Shown one piece after another: positions 1 to 12,505 of a stretch of DNA of 64,000 bases. The DNA comes from Tubiluchus corallicola (Eukaryota; Animalia; Priapulida). The stretch's first letter is position 1. Each line of letters begins with the position of its first letter. Location of the stretch: NCBI GenBank assembly GCA_030141605.1, contig JAQGDQ010000075.1, positions 248,001 to 312,000 on the forward strand, given 5' to 3'. Position numbers and translations under genes: made by a program. A model generated the notes under the pieces. The model was not told the DNA's origin, made no database searches, and saw nothing but the letters and a program-made list of their open reading frames with translations.

Positions 1-312
1 GAGTAGCATATTGACACAGAGCAAGCGAAGGTTAATTATTTTGAGAAACTTTGATCGCGTTCATCTATCGTTGATGAATCTAATCGAACAATGAAAATGA
101 AACGGGTGACGCAAATGGTGCAATAGTAACACAATTGCGTTTACTGATACGCACCGCTTTAAGGACGAGTCAGCATAGCCATCCTTGCAATTTCGAGGTA
201 TTTCCAGGTGACAGGGCCCTGGAAGCCCTGGGAAGGAAATTTGCATCTTTTTTGGTCCCACTGCTACCTAGGAAAGTCTCCTGTCAGAAATGAATTGCCA
301 TTTTTCGCATTT

Positions 313-447
313 GACTGGATGGTTTAGTCCAGTGGTAACGCGTCCGCTTTCCGTCTGGGAGGTTGTGAGTTCCATACAGCGGTCGGGTCGTACCAAGGAT
401 TTTAAAAATGTTGCATGCTGTTGCCTACCTGGCCGTGGTATTTAGGG
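313..447 (+). mobile_element. tRNA-derived SINE fragment with Meta/MESC-like core
   Basis: Pol III-type head (A-box-like TGGTTTAGTCCAGTGG, degenerate B-box GAGTTCCATAC). It is followed by GGTCGGGTCGTACCAAGGATTTTAAAAATGTTGCATGCTGTTGCC, which resembles my recollection of the MetaSINE central domain. No tRNA acceptor stem or cloverleaf. Confidence 0.6.
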
Positions 448-1609
448 TAAAAGTGGGGTAATAATATAGGTGTTTGTTATGTAAGTGTAGATTTGTTATT
501 TACAGTCGGCGAAAAAAGCTCTTGAGCTTTTTGTTAATTGTTAATCTAACAGCCGAATTTAAATATTATTGTTGTTGTTGTTGTTATTATGATTATTATT
601 CTTGTGGAACATGTGATAAAAATATAGAAATATGTTCGCATCTTTATTGAGGAAAAAGTAGCAAACATGCATAGAACTGAATACAGTCTATTTCTCTGCT
701 ACATTTTATAAGCGCTCGAGCGCTAAAAAGTTTAAGAGGCAGAAGTTAAAATAAACTAATAATGATACTTAGTACAATAGTGATTATAAAATGTTTGCAA
801 CGTAATCTCAGCGTCGCCATTATTGTCAGATTAAAGTGAACTTTTAAATTTCAACTTTTGCGGGTATTTATGACTCAATTACGCTCACTGAACAGCAACA
901 ACAGCAGCAGCTTGCTATAGCAGCAGCAGTAGTAGTAGTAGCAACGACGACAAAGACAACAGCAATAGAAGCAGCTGCCATTCCTGTACTTTCAAATTCA
1001 AAACAATGGTCTCGATTTCACCTGAGGTTTCATACATTCTAATATTTTTTACACCGAGTAATAATTTGGTTGGCTAACCTGTCGATGTAAAAATGGGTTC
1101 AGTTTGAAAGTGTAAAAAAATCATTAAGACAATTGATGTAGGATTCTAGCCTATCTTTTCGTATCCATACCAGTTCAACTAAAGCTTAAAATAAAAGTTA
1201 TATTTGTAAGTCATTAATTTCGCCTCGATCGTTCCTAACTGTAGAATGGCTATTTAAAAAACCATTTTCCCTACCTTCTAATACAGGAAGTTCGTTACAG
1301 AGAAATTATTTTCCTGTTCATTAATTACAACATTGCTCACTTTAAGAAGAACGTCAATAAATACTTATCACTAGCAAACCAACAAGAAGAATTTTTGTTT
1401 TCTAAACACTTACTCTGGCCTTGAATGGACACTAGCTTTTTCATGACGAACTGATAAAAAACCAAATCGTGGTCCTTCTAATAAATTACGTTGGCCAAGT
1501 CTAGCATACCCAATCTTAAACTAAATCTAACGTAATCTAAGCTAACCTGTATTAATGAACAGAGGGGTATCGTGCAAAAATTAGCCGGGGAGATTTTTGA
1601 AGGGTTTTG

Positions 1610-1612
<3 letters not shown>

Positions 1613-1654
<42 letters not shown>
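1613..1654. repeat. (CT)n microsatellite
   Basis: Direct reading. Confidence 0.95.
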
Positions 1655-1656
<2 letters not shown>

Positions 1657-3519
1657 AGCTATTCGGAAAAGAATATTCTTTCCCTTTCCATTCGCCTCAC
1701 ATCTTCCTCGACTAATTTAATTTCGGTTTCTCGCTGCCATTTTCCCCGTGTGACGTCACTGTCGCTGAAATTATTTTAAACAAACGGCGAAAATTTGATC
1801 AGTCTAGTGGCTGCACTCGCCAAGCATTCATTTCTCGGAAATTGGCTTCATTTTATCAGTAGCCTTTCAGCTGGAAATGTGGCCGGATTCATTTACATAT
1901 CAATAAGCATCAGCGTATGGAGCATTGTGCAACAACATCGGATATCTTATTTTTCCAAATTATACAAAAGCATTTTTCTACTTATCAATCATCGGAGACA
2001 GATGTAGTACACAATGGCAGAAATAAATGTTACAAATTCTACAGATAAACTTAATTGTAGTGACGTATTCTGTACCAAATTTTCCTAACACGCGAACTGT
2101 TGATAATATTGTAAGGACGGAGAAAAGCCATTTAATTTCACCCCATCTGTGCATTGCAATGATGCGTTACCACTGCCACGTACGAAGCCATTGCGTGTGG
2201 GCATTGAATGCCACATTATAAAAGCGCCCGCAGGTAAAGGTGCCCTAGTCCAGTAACTGTGCGCACAGGTGTCGGAAACGTATTTTCCCCAAGTGAATTA
2301 AAGCATTTGTTTTCAGATAAAGTAAAAGAGACATGCATAACTAGAGATTATTGGTTGCACTGATTCAAAGCCATGATGTTAAGATGATTTGTTTTTGAGA
2401 TTTGGGTAATGAAGCCATCTTTACACCTAGCCAAATTTCTTTCTTAATTAGTAATCGCAAAATGATTTGTTAATAGAGCAAAACCTGTTTGACTAGATCT
2501 TGAGTAAATAAGCTGAGCTATAAAGACAATATTATCAAAATAGTCATCATGGCTGTTACATAACCCTGCTTTCCCAACCTGTGTGTACTTAAAACTTACA
2601 ATAAGGTAAAATGCTAGAGAAAAAGTATTTTCAGTTAAAAGTGCGTTAATAAGCAAAAATTCTTCTTGGTCCCCCAAACTGTTGAAATTTAATGTTAATT
2701 AAATTAAAGTTAATTACTTAAACTGTGGTTTTACTATAAATCTTTGTTTTTGCCTATGTATTAATTGTTTTAATAATTTATATAAATTCTTTTGATTGAC
2801 TAACTTATTAATTTCTGGATAAATTCTGGCGTTTATACACGTATTTTAACTTCCAGTGATATCAGCATCACCGATTATTCATTATTACCACACAATTTTC
2901 GCGGCACATAACCGAGCGAAGCCACGCAACCCTGCTTAATATGATGACAAAATCATGACATACAAGTTAGTATTGCAACTTATTTTTGCCTCTTTAAATT
3001 GTCAGAAGCTGCAGTCTGTTCAATAGTGTACTCCCTTTGCATTCTTATGAGTCGCTGTTTAGACAAACGGTCGTATGGATTTAGCATTGCAGAATGGAAA
3101 TGCATAAACGGGTTTCTTTAAATTATTGTTTGTTTGATGCTAGGCTGCTTGAATCAACTCAGGCCTCAAGAATGTGCTAAATTGTTCGTCATGTGATTAA
3201 GCTAGTCGAAGACGCGTTTTTCTGATGTACTAATTCTGCAATAATGTCTACAGGTTATAGTTAATCATCGCTTAAGATACAAGTAATCTCTATGCTAATT
3301 TTACCTGCCAGAGGCAAAATCAATGCCAAACAGAATGTGGCCTATGAATAAAAAAGATCCATTGGACCATAGTACTTTATTTCAAGTAAACCATTTTTAG
3401 TGTGTTTGTTACACAGTTTGTAGGCAGCAGCTAGCCTGAGTAGATACGTTTGTCTTCTTCACAATTAGATAATTACAGAGGTTTCTCTTTAACGTTGAAC
3501 AACAGAGAATTTCTACTTT

Positions 3520-3803
3520 TATAGGACAAGATTCGTGACAATGTGCTGCAGTTTTGATTTTTTTTCGATGTTATGAATCGAAGTGACCGATGTCTAGTGT
3601 ACTTGATCTTTTCACCGAGCTCACAGTTCACCCTTCAACTTATTCCAAAAAAACCTATTCCAGGTGTCTACCCTGCAAGTTTCGTGACTATATCCCTCTG
3701 CGTTTGCGAGTTAACATAATGGATGCTTAATATAAAGCAAATACGAAAAAAGTCAGCGTATGGGTTCTCTTAGATCCGCGCAGCTCGCGCTCACCGATAA
3801 AAA
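3520..3803 (-). mobile_element. possible decayed Helentron-associated (HINE/DINE-1-like) element
   Basis: The CAAGTTTCGTGAC...CTCTGCGTTTGCGAG block and the terminal GCGCAGCTCGCGC...ATAAAAA resemble a reverse-oriented HINE body. Ends not verified. Confidence 0.3.
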
Positions 3804-5627
3804 CAGGCTGGAGAAACGAAGTTAGACGACTAGCTTCATCCTGCGGCTAAACATTTAGTCCAAAATCCACGTCCTTGCCTCTGAAACAACTTGCCTGTAA
3901 ATTAAATTAAACAATAGGCTAGATGGTATGCATTTTTATAAGCAACAGTAAGCGATTTGTTAAATTCACAAGTAAAGAACGAGAAATTGAGAAGAAACAT
4001 CAAGAATTTTCCCCTGCATGTGCGTCTCATGTTGTACAACTTGCGAGAAACTGAATCGTAAAACTGTCATGGAGCTACTGAAATGTGGGCTACGCGTTCA
4101 TTGCAGACGGATAAATTGAGAAAAAAAAACAGATTTTAACGACGCTTCAGCTGGAGCGATGTAGGTTCAAATTTTATCGGGAAAATACAGTCAGCGCGTC
4201 AACTAATCGACGTGATACGAAAGCGACCGGATCGATAAAAAGCGATTCCAACTAAATCCACGTGTTGCCCGGAAGTGTGTTAAGTTTTGTGACATTTAAA
4301 GCATTTTGTTATTGTTGACTTGTGCTAATTTTAAGGCGCTGTGCTATTTATATAACAAACCATTACAAATTTTTAAACACTCTCTGACTCCACGTTAATA
4401 GCAATAATATTACAGCACGAATAGTATTTCGTTATGTCAACAAGTTTTGAATATGCATACATATACTATATGATGTGTGAAAGATATTTATTGTCGTAGC
4501 CACAAATTTGTACAAATGTTTGTTGTATTAAACTAAATCTGCGAATTTGGTTTAAACACTTTTCACCCGTTTCAATTCAAGACTGGATCTGGATTAGACC
4601 TCGCTTAGAAGAATTATTATTCTATTTCGACTCTTTGTGGTGTCTGTACAAATTTCCACCTTTTTAAATAATTATGATGAAGCTACTCTAAATTTACAAA
4701 GTAAAAATGCTGAAAACTCTGATGTCATTGTAAATATTGATAACAACCTTAATGCACAGTTTGTCCTTTAAACGTCCGGATTTGTACGGCATTTTAAACA
4801 AAATTCTCATTTCGTTTTAACTCTGTAAACAAAAATAATGTTTGCTTTTCACTTTATCTGATGAAAATGAATTTTATTGAAAAATAAACGAAGTTTGAAC
4901 AGAAGATACCAAGGCGTATTGAATTATAATTTCAAAAGAAAATGCAGTTGTCAACAAATTTTGTAATTTATTTGTTGCTTAACCTTCAAGAAAATATAGG
5001 TCGGTTTATTGTTACTGATGTAAACTGTGAAGGTACCACAGTATCAGAAAAAGAGGGAAATGAAAAGCATGTCAAATAACTGTAAATTAAACGGGTGGCT
5101 GACAAATTGGAACGAGTTCTTGGAAAAACGCAATTTTTCCTTTCTTGGCAAATGTCAAGCAACTCAAAATTGAACAAATATTTCGTTTAGAAACTTTAGT
5201 TGATCAAGTTTTGCTCTTGTTATATCGTTTACAGACATTTTATTGCCTAGCAATATGGAATTGCATTAGTGTTGTAAAATTGAAAACTCTAATGTGGCAA
5301 TGTTTTAATTTTTGATCTCAGTAAGCCGGTGCTCAAGGAGCTCAATATAGAAACGATACATGTTCTATAATCGCTTTTCAGTTCAGAGTGTGATTCATCC
5401 ATTGGATGTATTGTATTAACAGTCACTAATAAGTTACTAACAAACTGTCTTCAGTTTCTTTTATTTGTTCTATGAAATAAACCAGTATGCACGGTCGTGT
5501 ATGCTGGCTTAAAAAAGTTTCCTGATGGCAAAAAACTCAAAAAACAACACAGAAAGCCTGCCAACTCGTTGCTTCATAGAGTTACAGCTTTTACCCTGCC
5601 CTATATATCTGGATTCTACTAATTAGT

Positions 5628-5810
5628 GCCAAGATATGAAGAAGCATCAAGAACGTCAAGGGTAAACCAGTATCAAGAGACGTCAAGGAACAAAGCAGCA
5701 TCAAATATAAGCGTAATGAAAATTGAGTCTTTCTGTTTAGCGTCAAGATTATTAGTGACTGTCAAGGTACATCACAAAGTGTCAAGGAACTAAATAAAAT
5801 CAAGAGAAGC
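5628..5810. repeat. degenerate minisatellite rich in (G/A)TCAAG(G/A) motifs
   Basis: Imperfect ~27-bp units AGCATCAAGAACGTCAAGGGTAAACC / AGTATCAAGAGACGTCAAGGAACAAAGC, plus further GTCAAGG copies. Confidence 0.55.
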
Positions 5811-7925
5811 CTGTTAAGTAGAAATTAAAAGCAGTTTTTTTAAATGTTGTATCCTCAAAACGGATAATTAGTTTGTACTGAGTTAATTTGGTTTCATGAT
5901 TTTTGGTGTCAAGGTGTCTTTGTTGCTTAATGCCGTAAAATTACAGTGGCTTTCTTTTTAGCCAATAAAAAGCTGAATCTCTCTATTCATCAAGATCTGG
6001 TTCACTGTCTTCTACTAACTGTCTGAACAATTATTAAATTAGTCATAACAGTTACATACATGTACGCCGTAACACACTCGACCTGGTTGAGAGTCCACAC
6101 TGTCATTAATGAGCGTCATTGCCGTTCATCCACGGTAAATGGAACGAGTCCACAATGTCAGCGGACAATCCCAGTGTCAACCCAAGAGTGAAACGTGTGA
6201 GTATTACTGTCATGTCCCCAGAATTACAAGGAATGAAATTTTATCCGCAGTGTCGTTGTTCAGTGTCAATGGCATTTGTTTTGAATGATTAGCCATCATA
6301 TTGATAATCATGTTTCAGTTTCAGATTTTCATGGGTTTCTATTCTATCCATAGTGGCACACGTCATAATATAGCAAATAAATGCGCCGGAAATAGATAAC
6401 CTATAATTATTATCTCTCCATGTGGTAACTGGCAATTAAACGTGAAATGTTCCATTATAAATCGCAGAAGAGGGGTGACATCCGAGTAATTTGATGAAGC
6501 CCAATTTAGTTTGTTGATGTGCGCGGGAAATGAAGCAATAAGAACTAATCAGAGCCACAAGGTCAATTCCTGTACAAGGAAGAGTTTTTAACAAGACTCT
6601 TTATCGAGTGTTTCATGAAAAGCAAATGGTTTTTATTCTAATACCGTAGCGGTGCTAATTGGAAAAATCAGAATCTTAGTGCATTAAATCCCTAAGTTCT
6701 GCTTGAGCACGTCGTTGTTTAATGGAAAGATTAATGGCAAAGTGAAGGACAGCATACTCCGTAAATGTTATTAATTTGTTTGTACTTCAGAGAAATGAGA
6801 TTTTGAGCTTTGAGATTTTGAGTTTAAAAAATGAGTTTTCAGAACCGCTCATTACTGAAGCCCACAAGACTCGTTAGCCTCCACGCTTGTGCTTGGAGAT
6901 TACGTAGTTTGCCTGCTGTTTTTCATTCATTAGCAAGAACAAGAAACGTGACTTGTAATCAGAACTATGACTTTGGAAAAGCCAAAAATAAAAGTAGGTA
7001 TAGTCCGTTCGTCAGTGAACGACAAGATCAACTGTTTAGAAGTGTATAAAAACAGTTGAATTAAAAATTTGTGAAGAGTAGCTGTTTTCACCAATCACAA
7101 ATCAACTAGTTCTGATAGCAGCAAGAAATGGAATCGGCGGCTTTAACTGTATGTCCAACTTTACAAAAAACACAGTAAAAGCTAAAAAAATGAAATCTTA
7201 GTCGTGGTCAAGATCACGAAATATAATTACCTGAATAATCCATTGAAATTCATCTATTTAAAATTTAGGCATAAGTAATTAAGCAGTATGAATTTTAAAA
7301 ATAGTAGGCGCAAAAAATGGTCACCGCAATATCTGATTGATGGATATGATTTTCTGAATATTTGCACGGCATTGTCACTTTTTTGATACTATCATTAGTT
7401 TAGTCACCAGAATAATAAGATTTATTTACGATCGACAACTTGTCAACGAAGAACAATTTTGGAGGTACAACAAAATTATTGAAAATGAAAAACGCAAGTT
7501 ATCAAATCCTAACCTAGTAGTTAGTAGACAAATTGAATATATACCCAATTGGACTTCTGAGTTATTATGGTTTTATAATTTTGCTGCAAATATGTGCTAT
7601 GCAATGTGGTATTCATTTTAATATCCGCGCACTATGATCTTGTTTATTAGCAAATCTATACTTGAAAAATTTTGTTTGACTGTTTCTGAAAATTAGCATT
7701 TTCAAATTAACCTATGTATAGCTTAATTCACAGTCGACTCTATATCTACAGATAATTGATTCTCAAAAAAGTACTAGCAAAAGCGCAAAAATAGCAGCTG
7801 TTTTCTTCCGAGTAACCGCCTGGATATGTTTTAGAAGCTTCTGCCACATTGTGTTGATTCGAGTTAGACAAGTGTTTATTATTCTGCTTTCTAACAGAAC
7901 AAACGTTTGCATGAAACGAAGCGAA

Positions 7926-8071
7926 AAGTAAGCAAGTAAGCAAGCAAGCAACCAAGCAACCAAGCAAGCAAGCATATAAGTGAGTGAGTGAGTGAGTGAG
8001 TGAGTGAGTGAGTGAGTGAGTGAGTGAGTGAGTGAGTAAGTAACTAAGTAAGTAAGTAAGTAAGTAAGTAA
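7926..8071. repeat. compound tetranucleotide microsatellite (AAGC)n(GAGT)n(AAGT)n
   Basis: Direct reading; a minus-strand AATAAA lies next to it at 8076-8081. Confidence 0.95.
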
Positions 8072-11000
8072 CTATTTTATTTATCATCCTTTTACAGACG
8101 AAACAGTGCATGAAATGATGTGATAGAATGTAACAGAATTATAATGAAAATTTAATTATATATCTGGAATAAGGTGCAAAATTGACGAAAGCGTGGCGAG
8201 GAACTAAAAGTTATCCAGGTCAGTACACCCTAGAGGGATACAAAAAGATATGCGAAAGATGGGCAATTTTAGCCATAATGTTGAAAATGCATATCAGTTC
8301 ACAGTCTTGGATCTATTATTTAATAAACTTTCCTATACGAGCCGTGATAGTCCTCTTTTATCTTCAAATATGAAAATCGTTTGAGGTTAGCTTGCAGTCG
8401 TGCTTTATTAAGCACAAAGCCTCCAGGGCAAACAAAGCGGCACGTATAGTACATCTCGGTGGACCTATGCTACGTGATCTTATCCATCCGATTTGTCACT
8501 TGTGCCAAACCTCAAAGTCGTATAATTAAGCCCAAAGTGCCATGTGAATGCTGAATGAGTAGACATCATATGTGAATAATCCGACTTTAAGACATAACAA
8601 CATCTTTTGAAAATTAGCGTGTGTGCAGGGAGTGCATAACTCGAACTTGATTAGATTATTACCACTAGTTAACTGGAAAGTAAGACATCAAAAGAATTTC
8701 AAGACTACTCGAGCATAATGATTTAGTGAAAAATACGAGCAACACAAACATCACAATAATTTAGACTTACCAATACACCCATTTGGCTCATTTGGCCTAG
8801 TTGAATGAAAATTTTTATCATTAAGAGATAGCATCCACATTGAAATCAAAACCTGACGATTTCTCAGTAAACAGTCTACTCTTCATTTAAACATTAATCA
8901 ACTGCATTTCCGTTCTCCTTGATCAGAATTGTATAAGCGACGTTTTGATTATAGTAACTATTCTGTAAATTTAGTTATCACATAGAGAAAAAGCTGTTCT
9001 TAGTTTAATATTTGAATGTTTTGCACAATATAATTTATTTCAGTCTCACTGTACAGATGAAATTTCAAGGCGTAGAGCTGTTGTAAATACTAACAGAAAA
9101 CCTAAAACACCTTTGACATCCGAAGCGTGACGATTAAACTATACAGACGGCAATGACGGAACCGAAGGGCATGGTGCGGTTTAGCATAGGTAAGGTCACC
9201 TGCTGGCCAGGTGTGCGTCGGGAAAGGTAAGCCCACAGTATGCACCTACAATGATGTATTCACACGCAAAGACTCGTCAAATCGTCAAAACCAAAGTACT
9301 GGTGCAAATTCCAAGAAAACGCACTGAAACCGTAGTATCTAGCACACATTCCGGAACTAATAATACTGGTGAAAAAGACGTTAATCCGCGACCAGACTGC
9401 ACAGTTCCAACGGCGCGTGTGGAAAATTCATAATCAATCAGCGTATGAGCGCGTATAATTGTCTGTACACCCGTGGGACGGATTGGTCGCATTCGACATC
9501 GTATTGATTTGGTAGCGTGCGTAAAAGCAACGTGGCTTCCTTCATCCAGAGCCTCGAGGGTGGAAACCCTTCGAAGCCATTTGGTATTTTTCTTAGCAGG
9601 TAGCGCTTCGATTGAAATAAGCAAACGACTCTGCTTCGGAAATAGCACCACGAAACCGTTTTTTTCTAGCAAAATACAATTTGCAAAAAACATCGCGTTT
9701 TAGCGTCTTATGCCGCGCAAATCTAGTATTAATCGATGAGCCAAATTATCTCTATACATATCTGTATGTACACTGTTTAGCAGAGCTGAATTGGACCAAG
9801 CCAACTCCTGCGTTGAGTAAGAAAATACACAGACCCGCAAGTAAGAAATCAAAAGCAGCTGAGAAAAAGAAAGCAAGAACGCATTTAAAAACAGAAACGC
9901 GCCTAGTGTATAAACAATTGCTGGGCGACTAATTATAATGTTAAAGAAATAGTCAATAACGTCAAGGTATGTCGTTGTTACGAATTTGCATCAGAACAAA
10001 AAAGTAATTTTCAGCTTAAATTTTTCAGCTAAATTTTTCAGCCTTTGAGCTAAAGCGAAATATCTGCTACTAGCCTAGTACTTCAGTTAAGCTATAATAT
10101 TTTTGCATGAGGGTACCCTGAGCGAGCAACTAGTGCGCTGACTTTAAAATTTAGTCACTGCCCAATTTTTCGCAGAACTTATTAACCAAGCCATCACCGT
10201 TTGGCATGGTCACGCCCAGTTATTCGCATGGTGGGAGACATGAACAAAGGAATATTTGAGCAAAGACCAAAATTTTTGGCCGCCAAACCTGTTGGTATTA
10301 CCGCATATAATTTTGTCATAATCATTTTTCTGCTGATTACAACAATGCCTAATTGAAAACAAGAGGCCAGTTTTCTTACATCAATTTATTGAAAAGGAAT
10401 TACGATTTTCATTGACATAAGAGATATCTTTGCAATTTCAGAGATATCAAAGATGCTACAGGAGGAAAAATAGTAAACACGATGAATTTTAAAGTTTGAG
10501 GTGGCACAACGGATGCCTTAAAATTCTACTGTATTTCCGTGGCTAAAGTTTTTGTGATCGATTAGGTACCACCCGAATTGTATATATTTAGCTGAAGGGT
10601 ACACAAGGTTAACGCGCTTTGTCCCAAAATAAATTTCAAATTCCTTTAATTCACCAAACAAAGATTAATTGCCTATTTAAGTAGCACTAGCCGCCATTGC
10701 CCGTTTGCTTTGTACAATTTTAATTTTATTGGTTTGTAATTTACACATAAGCAAATTAATTCAATTCACTTCATTTGAATTTGATACGGTAGGGCGCTTG
10801 TAAATGCTTAATAATTATAAAATTCGGTTCCTAGCTGTTCTGACTGTAATTGTAACGTATTATTTTATTAAGGTCTGCTAACTAAATGCCGATTAATTCC
10901 CGCGAAAAACTTGTGGTTTTCGGACGAATTTACCGTTGTCCCACACTCATAAATGCTTTTAAGAGTGCCAACTGAGCTAAGAGATCTTTTCGACCAACTG

Positions 11001-11828
11001 CGAATTACTTAGACCTGCCATTGCCAGCCAGACTGAGTGCTATCCTTGTTATGGATTTCGACTGCTCGGCTACGTCACAGCAGCAGAATTGACGTCACAG
11101 CTCAAGTGCCGCTAGGTCTGTATATTTTTCATGGGGATGTGGCTAAGCAAACAGAATTATAACGGGTTGAATAAAATGAAATAAGTACCAGACGTTGGCG
11201 TGCACATTCGTTAAGTTTATGTACATTTAATGTGTGGTATTTATTTACCACCGTCATGAAGAAATCATAAAACATGTGTAAATTAATTATAACCACTCAT
11301 TCAAGTGTCGAGGTCAAACACAAGTGAAGGCTGCCATTTAAATGACGGCGCTCAGTTAAGTCAGTTTAAGTTTTCGTTTTCTAGAAAAAAAGGTTCTACA
11401 TCACTTCCCGGTTGGTTGTAAAGCAAAAATAACCATAAGCATGGATGGGGAACTATGTTCACTGATGTCGTTACTTCCACAACAGAGCAAAACCTGTGTA
11501 AAAAGTTGGTCCGCTGAATAAATAACGCAGTTGCACGGAAATGTCGTGTACACATCAGTGTCCATACGTGGATTGAAAGGCACTTGCATAGCAAGAGCAC
11601 AGTGTTATAAGGAACCTTACTGGCTGGGCCATCGAAGAAATAAGATCCTACCAGTTCTTGGTTTGAATGTTAAAGACAAATAAATTTATAGATATGCGAT
11701 ATGCAAGATTCATCCATCAATGTATGAGGACAATATGGCATTCTAATCTAGGTTGATACTTTTACAATGTGCGATCTAATTTGCATTTATACAGCTGTAC
11801 CTGAATCGGTTGTTTCTGGGGGGGGGGG

Positions 11829-11870
11829 GCAATTTGAGGGTTAGTACCTTGATGAGGGAATGATGCGTAT
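11829..11870 (-). mobile_element. short CORE-SINE-like remnant
   Basis: GCAATTTGAGGGTTAGTACCTTGATGAGGG resembles the reverse complement of the CORE-type block CCCTTGAGCAAGGCACTTAACCC. Short and diverged. Confidence 0.3.
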
Positions 11871-12469
11871 CCTAACGTGGCTAAGACACCTGTGCCAATC
11901 AAATGTCTGAACTTAGTAAAAATGTCTTATCTCAGAACAGCATAAATTAGAAAAGCCAATTCGTACAACAGACTCGTACAGTAAATATGACAGACGTTAG
12001 TGCTGTCTGGTAGGTTTTGACATTCAGTACCTCTAAAGTGTAGGCCTAATGCAATCCAGAGCCACACTAAATATCTAATCTACAGCTCGTACTACAATAA
12101 CCGTCGCCGTTGCCGTCAAAAGCTGATCGCGCTCTTCAGTGAATGTAATACGCTCTTAAATTACCTGTTGGATTGAGTGTTGGTAAAAACCTCTGAATCA
12201 CGCGAGCTGCTGTGTGATTCAATTATCATCACATTCTAAACGCATTAACTTTGAAAGCTGCAGAGCAGATACAACATTTTGTGCTTAAAAGTTAATTAGC
12301 AGAGCCTCTTCAGCAAAACGTTCGCTGATGATTTGGCGAGATATTGAAGACACGAAACTCGCAGAATACAGCATCATATTAACAACGCAGAAGACGCATC
12401 ATTAAATTTAATGATCACGCGAGAGGAGAAAATTCTGGAGAAAAAAGGAAACTGAAACATCGATAACAT

Positions 12470-12505
12470 CACGTAACAACACGTAACAACACGTAACAAC
12501 ACGTA
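12470..12505. repeat. 10-bp tandem repeat (CACGTAACAA)x~3.5
   Basis: Direct reading. Confidence 0.9.

Noticed and set aside
4838-4892. Hammerhead ribozyme (CTGATGA...GAAA)
   Set aside because: Stem II is weak and no stem I can form; the other CTGATGA sites examined also lack the fold
4560-5570. Coding-like decayed stretch, possibly a transposon
   Set aside because: No family motif recognised; many stops
803-6215. 9-10-nt matches to the 5' ends of miR-216 (803), miR-281 (~4065) and miR-12 (~6198)
   Set aside because: The remainder of each mature sequence does not match and no precursor hairpin was evident
9277-9693. 138-aa minus-strand ORF
   Set aside because: No recognisable domain; length attainable by chance in a GC-richer patch
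11361-11600. THAP-like CTRHF...VP motif on the minus strand
   Set aside because: No upstream CxxxxC/FP/W signature; likely chance
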